Positions 8,354 through 17,104 of a stretch of DNA of 64,000 bases are shown here, piece by piece. A program made the translations under genes and the position numbers. Where the stretch lies: positions 320,001-384,000 of the forward strand of contig OY782041.1 of the NCBI GenBank assembly GCA_963677595.1. The letters are read 5' to 3'. The notes under the pieces are model-generated. The model saw nothing but the letters and a program-made list of their open reading frames with translations, had not been told where the DNA came from and did not search any database. Each line of letters begins with the position of its first letter. Within the stretch, counting starts at the first letter, position 1. This DNA is from Spirochaetia bacterium (GTDB taxonomy: Bacteria > Spirochaetota > Spirochaetia > CAKZLE01).

Positions 8354-9985
8354 TCAGAATCTCCGAATCGGTCGGACTGGGACGTTAGCTGTTTTGGAGG
8401 CTGCATGATCATCACCATCCTCCATGCTGACGGACCGGGCACTGAGGGAATTCACTTCAGTGGAACTCAAGTACGACCTCTCCATGAAATTCCCAAGCCC
8501 TTTCGATGCAAGGGACTCATACAGGAAATACAGCTCCCCCTTGCTGGGAAGGTACCAGTCATCATAGCCTCCGAACACGAGGTCATCGCAAATCTCTGCG
8601 GCATAGGGCTCCTGCTCGACCGATGAGAGATACGATATGATCATCTTGGTATTGTAGAGTCCTGAATCGCTGGTATCGATCCTGACCTCCGAGATCTTGA
8701 TGCTCCTGCCGCCCCAGTGATACGAAGGATCCTCATCGGTCCCTGCCCAATCTGAAGGGGCTGCCTCGATATAACTCCAGTCGTCGGAGCTCTCTGGATT
8801 CACATAGGCTATGATCCCACCGGCAGGACCGGTGTCCCCGACGGTATACACAGCAGGGGCTGCAGTATCCTGGGGCTCAGGAGGTTCGAGACCATCATCA
8901 ATGAGCAGCTGGCCTGCCGGGGTTCCGGGAACCCTGCTCCCTGCCAGTACGATTTCCCTCAACTTGTCTGTATGGATACCATCGGACCAGAGGACACTAC
9001 CTGCTTCCATATCGATGCAGTAGAGTATCCCGCTCTTCGAACCGGCATAGACCAGACCGTCAGCATCTTCCGCGATCCCGAAGAGTACCTCATCGATGCC
9101 GGTGAACTCACTGATGATACTCCCGTCCTGCGGGTCTATCTTCTTTATGGCCCCGGAAGCATCCGCAGTGAGAACGGAGCCCTCTGCTCCCAAGGTCACA
9201 TAGGTCACATTCCCATCGAAGTCGGTGGTATTCCACAGCTTCTCGCCTGAGGGTGAGAGTTTCAGCAGCCCGTTCCCATTACCGCCTCCATCATAGAGAT
9301 CCCCTGCAGCATCAACGACCAGTTCATTGACATGATTTGCCTTGTAGGTCCACAGTAACTTCCCATCCCCATCAAGCTTCAGGATCCTGCCTGTTGACGA
9401 CCCTGCATAGACATTCCTTTCCCGATCGACGGCAAGGCCGTGCAAGCCTTCGGGGACACGATATGTCCAGACCTCCTCACCGCTGAGGGTGAGCTTCTTC
9501 ACGTGCCCGTCACTTCCTCCGGCAGCGGTATAGATGAAGCCGTTGCCGGCCACCACTTCATTCACTCCATTCCCATGACCAGAGAAGACCCAGACGACAC
9601 TTCCATCAGCAGGATCGATCTTCCGTATCCGGGCATCCCCGCCTGCTGTATAGAGGTAGCCTTCATCATCCATCGAGAGACCTGCCACCCAGCTCCCATG
9701 CCCGGCGAACTCCCAGAGGACCGCACCAGTCCCCAGGTCGACCTTCCTCAATGCACGGTCATGCCCGATGGTATAGATGTACCCGGAGGCTGTCCCTTCA
9801 TCCGGGATGACAGTCTCTTCCGGGGCTTCTTCCGGCTCTTCTATGTCAACGGTTTCTGCAGGTTCAGGAGACTGGACCTGCAGGATCGCAGGCCGCGGGG
9901 CGACTACCGTCGCACAACCAGATACCATGACCACTACTGCAGTCAAGACGATCCAACCTATAGCCCTCTTGATGTGTTCTCTCAT
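8354..9985 (-). CDS. Lipoprotein with PQQ/WD40-like beta-propeller and C-terminal DUF1566-like domain
   Basis: VSGC lipobox; GH...W repeats (G.VLW.F.GH); YTVGDTGPAGG...IEAAP...DDWYLPSKGEL...VRPIRRF. Confidence 0.8.
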   Translation of the reverse strand: MREHIKRAIGWIVLTAVVVMVSGCATVVAPRPAILQVQSPEPAETVDIEEPEEAPEETVIPDEGTASGYIYTIGHDRALRKVDLGTGAVLWEFAGHGSWVAGLSMDDEGYLYTAGGDARIRKIDPADGSVVWVFSGHGNGVNEVVAGNGFIYTAAGGSDGHVKKLTLSGEEVWTYRVPEGLHGLAVDRERNVYAGSSTGRILKLDGDGKLLWTYKANHVNELVVDAAGDLYDGGGNGNGLLKLSPSGEKLWNTTDFDGNVTYVTLGAEGSVLTADASGAIKKIDPQDGSIISEFTGIDEVLFGIAEDADGLVYAGSKSGILYCIDMEAGSVLWSDGIHTDKLREIVLAGSRVPGTPAGQLLIDDGLEPPEPQDTAAPAVYTVGDTGPAGGIIAYVNPESSDDWSYIEAAPSDWAGTDEDPSYHWGGRSIKISEVRIDTSDSGLYNTKMIISYLSSVEQEPYAAEICDDLVFGGYDDWYLPSKGELYFLYESLASKGLGNFMERSYLSSTEVNSLSARSVSMEDGDDHAASKTANVPVRPIRRF

Positions 9986-10131
9986 GTTCCCTCCCTGGTT
10001 ACAATCAGGTACCGTCATTATGAGGTACCCTATCACTCTCTTTCAGGTTAGCACAGCTGAAAGCAGGAGTTAAGGGTAACAGGGAGGAAAAACCGCCAGC
10101 CCCATCCAGAAGCACCTGTGCGGTATGCTTT

Positions 10132-10242
10132 ACCGCAGAAATAGGCAGGCAGTGGACTTCCGTGCTATGATACTGGTATGGGATGCAGGTCTAAGGGAGA
10201 ACGGCTATGATCACACGTGTGAGGTTCACGATCACCGGACGG
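10132..10242 (+). repeat. 111-bp direct repeat, copy 1 (acyP upstream region plus first 12 codons)
   Basis: Matches 13506-13616 with 3 mismatches. Confidence 0.95.
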
Positions 10243-10291
10243 AACCCTGCACCTGCTCTTCATGCTCACCGTATTTGCACAAGGCTTGGTC

Positions 10292-10654
10292 TCAGCTCTC
10301 ACCCCTAATTGCCTGTAGGGAGAGGATCTCCGACACAGATCTTCTTAACTCGGGAACATCAGCGATGGCGATCCGATAGATCCGCTCCTCAAGGATCTCC
10401 CCATATTCATGAGCAATGATGTTTCTCAATCCTATGATCAGCTTCCATGGAATATGATTATACACATCCCTACAACTTACCGAGAGATGAGCGGCGGCCT
10501 CACCTATGACAAGCAGTTGACGTTCAACAGCGAACCGCCTCATCTTATTCTGGGAGAACTCCGAGAATGATATATCCTGCATGAACTTGATGATATCAAT
10601 ACAGGCATCCTTGATATCCCAGAGATAGCCCTGATCCCTTTCATCAAGCTGCAT
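10292..10654 (-). CDS. hepT: HEPN (DUF86, HepT-like) ribonuclease toxin
   Basis: RNIIAHEY (Rx4HxY) motif, IGEA, IPW; overlaps the MNT stop. Confidence 0.9.
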   Translation of the reverse strand: MQLDERDQGYLWDIKDACIDIIKFMQDISFSEFSQNKMRRFAVERQLLVIGEAAAHLSVSCRDVYNHIPWKLIIGLRNIIAHEYGEILEERIYRIAIADVPELRRSVSEILSLQAIRGES

Positions 10655-10949
10655 AGATGACCTTTGCATTCTTTAGGATATGCTCTTTCCTGTAGGGGTT
10701 TCTCAGACTCCCTTTCTCAACAAGATCAACGCTCCTTCCCAGTGCTTTCTCAAATACCTCCTGTATGGCGAACAGGTCAAACAAGGAGTATGCAACACCT
10801 TCATTGAAAACAACCAGGAGATCTATATCACTCTCCTCAGTGAAGCTTTCAGTGAGTATCGATCCGAACAGGGAGAGCTCCTCGATGTGGTATGCTAAAG
10901 AGATAGCTTCTATTACCGTATCATCGATCTCATACTTAGGGAATCTCAT
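10644..10949 (-). CDS. mntA: Minimal nucleotidyltransferase antitoxin (MntA-like)
   Basis: LFGS-x9-SDIDLL, GRSVDLV; immediately upstream of HEPN. Confidence 0.9.
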   Translation of the reverse strand: MRFPKYEIDDTVIEAISLAYHIEELSLFGSILTESFTEESDIDLLVVFNEGVAYSLFDLFAIQEVFEKALGRSVDLVEKGSLRNPYRKEHILKNAKVIYAA

Positions 10950-10955
10950 AGCTTT

Positions 10956-10983
10956 ATTGTATATTCCACAGAATTATTGTCAA
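10956..10983 (-). promoter_or_regulatory. Sigma70-type promoter of mntA-hepT, probably leaderless
   Basis: TTGACA-N16-TACAAT, 6 nt before ATG, no SD. Confidence 0.6.
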
Positions 10984-11258
10984 GAGAGAGGATTCAGCAA
11001 ATAAGACCAGATTCCCGTCAGCAGGATTAGTTTCACCCCACATTCCTCACTTTCATGACGCACACATAGCAGGATTTTCCATTTCAGGAAAGGATTGAGA
11101 CTACGAAGGGCTATTCATCCTTACCGATCCTCCACACGGCATAAAAATCGGCAAATCCGCCTGGTTGCTACCCCGTCTGAACAGACATGCTGATGATCAG
11201 GACAGTAACCAGCCTTCTCATAGGTTCTGAGGATCAGACGCAGGTACACCTACGAAGT

Positions 11259-12962
11259 TCATGCATGCAGAGAGGTCAGGACACACCTCACCCCCTTGTC
11301 GTAGAATACGCGTTCATCAAGACCCAATGCAGACAGGAAGGCCAACTGACGGGAAGAGAGCGGATTTACCAGCACCGCTTCTGCTCCCATCTCTGCCGCC
11401 ATGATACCGCCAAACACGGTACTCATCATGAATGAAGTCGGCTTTGCCGTCGGTTTGTTGTCCCAGCCTGGTACCGTAGTACCTTCCTTCTGGAGATACC
11501 GCCGCATCTGCCGCTCCATCAACCGCCAGACCATCAGGGCGATCACGAGAATCATCCCCAATGCATCTATGCGGGAAGGGGTTTTCAGAAACAGGTCATT
11601 GACTACCAGGGGATCCTTGAGGAATGAAAAATCACTCTCGATCCCATACTGGCCTTTGTACGTACGCAGTACCGATGCGGCATCAAGCGATGCAACAGCA
11701 ACATTGGTAAGCAGCACAAAACATCCTGCCTGCTCTCTGAGCACCTGCAGCTTGTCCGACTTTTCGGTGATCTCCCAGTTCAACTCATACCGCAGATCTA
11801 CAGGCGGCGGACCCTCCTTCGGGGGACGTCCACGACGCCGAACCGCCACTTCTTGGATCGTAACCGTTAACGAGTGCAGCGGGGAAGAGACCGCAGCGAG
11901 GTTGGCAGCAGCAACCTGCGCATCTTCGCTGCAGTAATACTGTCGCTGAACTTTCTTCAATTTCCCGTTCAGCTCCTTCAACGATTGCTCAATCGCTTTG
12001 TCAATCTTCTTCTGCCTTCGCTTATCATGGGAACTCGAATGTATCACGACCCCGCGATAGGGCTTTTCATACAACGTTACCGTCGTCTCGCACCCCTTAT
12101 AGATCGCAGGAGGCCGGTTCTTCCCTGTTGGTGTTTCAGCCATCATGCCTATGGGACTCCAGCGACCCGCTCCGATCGCTTCCCTTATTGCCTGGTCACA
12201 TGCGCCGTAGGTTGCCGGAAGACGGCTGATGAATGGCATCGACCCTAAAGCCTCCAGATTCTCCTGCGTCACCATGGCCGAGTCTGCAACATAGATACAG
12301 GCCCCATCTCCCAACCCATGTCGGGAGAGCAGTGTACTGATCCGTGTGAGCATCGCATTGTTAGACGTCTTGTCTGAGGAGTTCCCATTGAGGGTACTGC
12401 TGAAGATTGGGACCCCATGATCCACGCACAGTAACTCCGTCATGAACTGCTTGAGATCCGGTCGGTGATCCTTGGAGTGCCCCAGGACGATCGAAGGCCC
12501 CGGGGTCTTTTCCTGCTCACTCCCCCGGTATTCCCCCCAGACACTCGTACTGGTAGTATCGTAACTGAGGGCATGCATATCCAGATCGAAGACCTGTGCT
12601 GCCCGAATCCCCAGTTCGGTCACAATCTTCGATGGGCCGGCATCGAAGATCGCATCCAGGGACCGAGCTATGTTCGTGTCATTGAACAGATGCGGATCTA
12701 CCTCCTGTCCCAGCAATAGGCTGCGGTTCTGCTGCTCGATGAACTGCTCGATCCGATACAGCGGCGACCGTCCATGCAGGACATCGAGCACCATCGTCTG
12801 TACCACGAGCCCCGGAGATAGCTGCATACGGGTCTCCACCGCCGCATCCACGATGTCTCTCAACCCGAGCATGCGGCAGTAGGCCGCCGCAATGGGCAGG
12901 TAGGAATGGGTATAGATTCTGGTATGCTGAAACAGGGTTGAAAGGGGCGGAGTACTGGCCAT
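11259..12962 (-). CDS. IS1634-family DDE transposase
   Basis: YDTTS, GHSKDHRPDLKQ, VADSA, YKGQYGIESDFSFLK (Y-x2-Q-x3-E-x6-K). Confidence 0.93.
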   Translation of the reverse strand: MASTPPLSTLFQHTRIYTHSYLPIAAAYCRMLGLRDIVDAAVETRMQLSPGLVVQTMVLDVLHGRSPLYRIEQFIEQQNRSLLLGQEVDPHLFNDTNIARSLDAIFDAGPSKIVTELGIRAAQVFDLDMHALSYDTTSTSVWGEYRGSEQEKTPGPSIVLGHSKDHRPDLKQFMTELLCVDHGVPIFSSTLNGNSSDKTSNNAMLTRISTLLSRHGLGDGACIYVADSAMVTQENLEALGSMPFISRLPATYGACDQAIREAIGAGRWSPIGMMAETPTGKNRPPAIYKGCETTVTLYEKPYRGVVIHSSSHDKRRQKKIDKAIEQSLKELNGKLKKVQRQYYCSEDAQVAAANLAAVSSPLHSLTVTIQEVAVRRRGRPPKEGPPPVDLRYELNWEITEKSDKLQVLREQAGCFVLLTNVAVASLDAASVLRTYKGQYGIESDFSFLKDPLVVNDLFLKTPSRIDALGMILVIALMVWRLMERQMRRYLQKEGTTVPGWDNKPTAKPTSFMMSTVFGGIMAAEMGAEAVLVNPLSSRQLAFLSALGLDERVFYDKGVRCVLTSLHA

Positions 12963-12993
12963 CGGTATCCTCCTGTAGCGGTCGTGGAAACAG

Positions 12994-13052
12994 GACTTGA
13001 CTGATCACTGAACCTACTGTATTATACAGTAGGACAAGAGAGGAGTCAAGTC
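12994..13052. promoter_or_regulatory. Symmetric overlapping divergent promoters within the IS
   Basis: + strand TTGACT(12997)-N17-TATTAT(13020); - strand TTGACT(13049)-N17-TATAAT(13026); dyad centre 13023. Confidence 0.85.
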
Positions 13053-13415
13053 ATGACCACCGAGACGGCACAGAAGCGCCTTCAGGTACTTCGCCGCAAA
13101 CAGCAGGAACTCGCCAAGGAACTGAGCACGATCGAATTTATCTGGTCAGGATCCATCTCCAAACGGTTTCTTACCTGCGGGAACCCCTCGTGCAAGTGTC
13201 ATACAGACACTGAGGCCAAGCATGGACCGTATTACTATTGGACGACCAAAAAGGGCGGGAAGACCGTAGCCAGGAAGCTCACAGAGCAGCAGGCTGAGGT
13301 CCTCCAACCATGGATTGAGAACAGGAGAACCCTGGAGAAGACGATGAATGCCATGAAGAAGCTCTCTCAGGATGCGTATGAAGCCATTTTGGTCCTCTTG
13401 GACGATGAAGGGTAG
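13053..13415 (+). CDS. IS passenger protein, DUF6788-like putative Zn-binding protein
   Basis: GS-x7-CGNPSCKC...HGPYYY; GAGGAG RBS; flanking coiled-coil-like helices. Confidence 0.8.
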   Translation: MTTETAQKRLQVLRRKQQELAKELSTIEFIWSGSISKRFLTCGNPSCKCHTDTEAKHGPYYYWTTKKGGKTVARKLTEQQAEVLQPWIENRRTLEKTMNAMKKLSQDAYEAILVLLDDEG

Positions 13416-13505
13416 CGCTTTTTAAACCGATTTTAGCCCGAAATTAAATACCCGTTTTTTGCTGAGAAATAGTGAGGAATGTGGGTTTCACCGTTTGGCA
13501 TCTTA

Positions 13506-13616
13506 ACCGCAGAAATAGGCAGGCAGTGGACTTCCGTGCTATGATACTGGTATGGGATGCAGGTCTAAGGGAGAACAGCTATGATCACACGAGTGAGGTT
13601 CACGATCACCGGGCGG
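13506..13616 (+). repeat. 111-bp direct repeat, copy 2 (intact acyP start)
   Basis: Matches 10132-10242. Confidence 0.95.
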
Positions 13617-13856
13617 GTGCAGATGGTAGGCTTCCGGTATTTCACCATCCACCAGGCACGTGATCTTGGGATCACCGGGTACGTACGCAACCTGCCCGAT
13701 GGTTCCGTGGAGGTCGTTGCCCACGGGGAAGAGTTTGCTGTCGAAGTACTATCCCTGCGACTGAGGCAAGGTCCCCCTTCCGCCCGGGTGGACTGGGTGT
13801 TCAGGGATGAGCTCGATCCTGCGGGAGAGACATTCCGAAACTTCTTCGTCAGATAG
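13581..13856 (+). CDS. acyP: Acylphosphatase
   Basis: [28 protein letters not shown]. Confidence 0.93.
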   Translation: MITRVRFTITGRVQMVGFRYFTIHQARDLGITGYVRNLPDGSVEVVAHGEEFAVEVLSLRLRQGPPSARVDWVFRDELDPAGETFRNFFVR

Positions 13857-13865
13857 GAGCATCGC

Positions 13866-14291
13866 ATGAGCCTGAACCATATCAACATCATCGTCACGGA
13901 CCTCGAACGGGCCGCAGGGTTCTTCTCCCTCTTCGGCTACAGCCGAACCAATGCGAAGCATCTCTCTGGTTCCTGGTTCGAGGAGGTCACCGGGTTCCCT
14001 GCTGCCGAGGCTGACTACCTCGCTCTCAACCATCCCGATTCACCGGTACGGCTGGAACTCCTGTGCTACACCACTCCGCCCTCCCCGCCTCCCGTTGATA
14101 TAGGCTCCCTGAACCTCATCGGTTACCGGCATATTGCCCTTGAGGTCGACTATATCGAGGAGAAGCGCAAGCAGGTCGAGCAGGCTGGATACCGGTTCAC
14201 GAGCGCCATCAGGAGGAACTCCTACGGCAGGAAGATGTGCTACTGCATCGGACCGGACGGCATCGTGGTGGAGCTGCTCTCCCGTACCTGA
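13866..14291 (+). CDS. VOC/glyoxalase family protein
   Basis: NHINIIVTDLE, LEL, HIALEV, GPDGIVVEL. Confidence 0.9.
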   Translation: MSLNHINIIVTDLERAAGFFSLFGYSRTNAKHLSGSWFEEVTGFPAAEADYLALNHPDSPVRLELLCYTTPPSPPPVDIGSLNLIGYRHIALEVDYIEEKRKQVEQAGYRFTSAIRRNSYGRKMCYCIGPDGIVVELLSRT

Positions 14292-14388
14292 TGAGAAATC
14301 CCCATGTAGAACTTTCCCATCCTGCGATTATCAAGTATGATGAATACATAGCTATGCACCTAATTCAGGGAACCTCGTAATCAATGGA

Positions 14389-15879
14389 GTGAACACAGCC
14401 ATGTCGCTTGAAACCTATTTCTCCCCGTTCAGGGAACAGACGATCGGATCAGACCATACCATCTTCCTGCCGGATACCGGCAGGGAGCAGCCCCTGGTCT
14501 ACGCCGACTGGATAGCCTCCGGCCGGCTCTACCGGCCGATCGAGGAGTATATGCAGCAGGAGATCGGCCCTCTCATCGGGAACACCCATACCGAGACCTC
14601 CTACACCGGTACGGCGATGACCAGGGCCTATCATGACGCCCGGAAGGTGATCAAGCAGCATGTCAATGCCGGCGAGGAAGACCTGCTCTTCCTGGTGGGC
14701 AACGGTATGACGGGCACCGTCAACAAGATGCAGCGAATGCTCGGCCTCAGGGTCCCGGAACACCTTGTTCCTGAGAACCGTGAGGGGAAGCGACCGGTCG
14801 TCCTCATCACCCATATGGAGCACCACTCGAACCAGATCACCTGGGAGGAGTGCAATGTCGACCTCATCATCGTCCCCTACGTACAGGAGACCGGCCTCCC
14901 GGACCTCGAGGCCCTCGAGCAGCTGGCGATGAAATACGGGAAAGAACGTCCGATGCTCATCGGGTCCTTCACGGCCGGGTCCAATGTCACCGGTATCCTG
15001 ACCCCAGTCCACGAGATGGCTAAGATCATCCACCGCCACGGGGGATACTGTTTCGTCGATTATGCTGCGGCAGCTCCCTACGTTGAGATGGATATGCACC
15101 CGGAGGACCCTGAAGCCCGTCTGGACTGCATCATGTTCTCCCCGCACAAGTTCCTCGGCGGTCCGGGAACGGCAGGGGTCCTGGTGATGACCAGGTGCCT
15201 CTACCACAACGAGATACCGGACAACCCCGGCGGCGGTACGGTACGATGGACCAACCCATTCGGGCACCACCTCTATATCGAGGATATCGAGACGCGGGAG
15301 GACGGGGGCACCCCGGGCTTCCTCCAGGCGATCAGGACGGCCCTGACGCTCAAAGTCAAGGAGGCGATGGGGGTCGGGCAGATACACGACCGGGAGGAGG
15401 AGCTCATGGAGATCATCTTCTCACGCCTGGGGAAGGAAAAGGACATCGTCATCCTCGAGGGCCATAACCGGAACCGGCTCGGCATCATCTCCTTCTTCAC
15501 ACTCAGTGTCCACCATAACCTGATCGTGAAGCTCCTCAACGACCGTTTTGGGATCCAGACACGCGGCGGCTGCAGCTGTGCGGGCACCTACGGCCATATC
15601 CTCTTCCACATCAACAAGAACTCAAGTTCACGCATCGAGGAGATGGTAACGCATGGGGACCTTACTGAGAAGCCGGGATGGGTCAGGATATCGGTCCACC
15701 CGACCATGACCGATGCAGAGGCCGAATATATCGCTGAGAGCGTGATCAAAATCATCAGGAACAGTGATGATTGGGGGAAGGACTACCGGTTCGACAAGCA
15801 GTCCGCGGAGTTCATCAGGATCAGGGGCACAGGCCCGACCGTGCCGGACCTGGTCGAGGGATTCTCGCCGAAGGGCTAG
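14389..15879 (+). CDS. Class V PLP aminotransferase, cysteine desulfurase/selenocysteine lyase-like
   Basis: YADWIASG, EHHSN, SNVTG, SPHKFLGGPG (PLP Lys), RGGCSCAG. Confidence 0.9.
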   Translation: MNTAMSLETYFSPFREQTIGSDHTIFLPDTGREQPLVYADWIASGRLYRPIEEYMQQEIGPLIGNTHTETSYTGTAMTRAYHDARKVIKQHVNAGEEDLLFLVGNGMTGTVNKMQRMLGLRVPEHLVPENREGKRPVVLITHMEHHSNQITWEECNVDLIIVPYVQETGLPDLEALEQLAMKYGKERPMLIGSFTAGSNVTGILTPVHEMAKIIHRHGGYCFVDYAAAAPYVEMDMHPEDPEARLDCIMFSPHKFLGGPGTAGVLVMTRCLYHNEIPDNPGGGTVRWTNPFGHHLYIEDIETREDGGTPGFLQAIRTALTLKVKEAMGVGQIHDREEELMEIIFSRLGKEKDIVILEGHNRNRLGIISFFTLSVHHNLIVKLLNDRFGIQTRGGCSCAGTYGHILFHINKNSSSRIEEMVTHGDLTEKPGWVRISVHPTMTDAEAEYIAESVIKIIRNSDDWGKDYRFDKQSAEFIRIRGTGPTVPDLVEGFSPKG

Positions 15880-16220
15880 AAGGTCCCACCGTCCCAACCC
15901 CACTTATCATGCGGGGAATCAGTAAACTCGATATAGACCCGGTCGCCGGGAACCGAGAACAGCTCCTCGACGGCACTGCAGATACCCGCACTCAACCGGG
16001 ATGGGGAATCACCGGGCAAGCCGATGCTCTTCACCTCGATGAAGAGTGCCGGCTCATCACTCCCTCCAAAGCGTATGGGTTTCTGTTCATCCACCATGAC
16101 CATGATATAGGCCTTCGGCTTGTGGAGGACCTCCTCGACGACCGAGCAGAGCCGATCCTGCATATTCGATATATCTCCCGTCTCGATCGGGAAATTCCTG
16201 TGGACTATGACACACGGCAT
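15876..16220 (-). CDS. MIF / phenylpyruvate tautomerase family protein
   Basis: N-terminal Pro (MP), KPKAYIMV, KSIG, DRVYIEF, WGWDGGTF. Confidence 0.9.
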   Translation of the reverse strand: MPCVIVHRNFPIETGDISNMQDRLCSVVEEVLHKPKAYIMVMVDEQKPIRFGGSDEPALFIEVKSIGLPGDSPSRLSAGICSAVEELFSVPGDRVYIEFTDSPHDKWGWDGGTF

Positions 16221-16240
16221 ACGAACCTCCTCGTTACGGA

Positions 16241-17053
16241 CTATCCCAGTGCTACATCGAGGAGCATCATCACGGTGAACCCGCCCATGGCTCCCCAGGT
16301 AGCGAAATGGGAGTGTGACTGCGAATGGGACTCAGGCACGAGTTCCTCTACGACTACATAGATCATAGCACCGGCTGCAAATGCCAGTGCATAGGGCAAT
16401 AGCGGCCTCACATAGACGACCGCAAGGGCCCCGAGCACACCGGAGATCGGTTCGACCAAACCAGAAAGCTGTCCGTACCAGAAAGCCTTCGCCCTGCTGA
16501 GGTTCTCCTTACGCAAGGGAACCGATACCGAAGCACCTTCCGGGAAGTTCTGCAGCCCGATACCGATCGCCAGGGCAACAGCCCCTGCCACGGTCGCAGC
16601 AGGATACCCTGCGGCAGCCGCCCCGAAGGCAACACCGACTGCCAGCCCTTCCGGTATGTTATGGATCGTGATGGCCAGCACCAGCAGGATGCTCCGCTGC
16701 CAGGAGGTCTTGATCCCCTCGGCCTCGTTTGTCGCGAAACCGGGATGGAGATGAGGCAGGAGTTTGTCCACAGCGAAGAGGAACACCCCGCCGAAGAGGA
16801 ATCCCACTACGGCAGGAACCCAGGGTATGCCCCCCAGTTCCTCAGCCATGCTGATGGACGGTGCCAGCAGGGACCAGAAGCTTGCCGCGATCATGACCCC
16901 GGCAGCGAATCCCATCATGAAGTCGAGGGGCTTCCTTGAGATCTTCTTGAAGAAGAAGACCATGGCAGCGCCGAGGGCGGTCACGAACCAGGTGAAGAGG
17001 GTGCCGATGAAGGCCTGCACCAAGGGCGGGAACTGGGAAATCCACTGAATCAT
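16241..17053 (-). CDS. ZIP family metal transporter (ZupT/GufA-like)
   Basis: [31 protein letters not shown]. Confidence 0.93.
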   Translation of the reverse strand: MIQWISQFPPLVQAFIGTLFTWFVTALGAAMVFFFKKISRKPLDFMMGFAAGVMIAASFWSLLAPSISMAEELGGIPWVPAVVGFLFGGVFLFAVDKLLPHLHPGFATNEAEGIKTSWQRSILLVLAITIHNIPEGLAVGVAFGAAAAGYPAATVAGAVALAIGIGLQNFPEGASVSVPLRKENLSRAKAFWYGQLSGLVEPISGVLGALAVVYVRPLLPYALAFAAGAMIYVVVEELVPESHSQSHSHFATWGAMGGFTVMMLLDVALG

Positions 17054-17104
17054 AGCTGCCTCCTTTTTTAAGACAGTATACCCTCAAGCCCATACTGTTA
17101 GCAA

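Larger units (their letters stand above)
11037..13485 (-). mobile_element. IS1634-family element, type A, copy 1 (2449 bp) with passenger gene
   Basis: 15-bp terminal IR CCCACATTCCTCACT/AGTGAGGAATGTGGG; 6-bp TSD TTTCAC (11031-11036, 13486-13491); second copy at 57248. Confidence 0.96.

Noticed and set aside
8354-8500. Diversity-generating retroelement
   Set aside because: No reverse transcriptase and no TR/VR pair seen in the window
13017-13029. LexA/SOS box in the IS promoter
   Set aside because: CTGT-N5-ACAG, not the N8 spacing of the gammaproteobacterial box; the host LexA motif is unknown
6600-14291. Integron cassette array
   Set aside because: Genes lie on mixed strands; no attC-like repeats or integrase recognised
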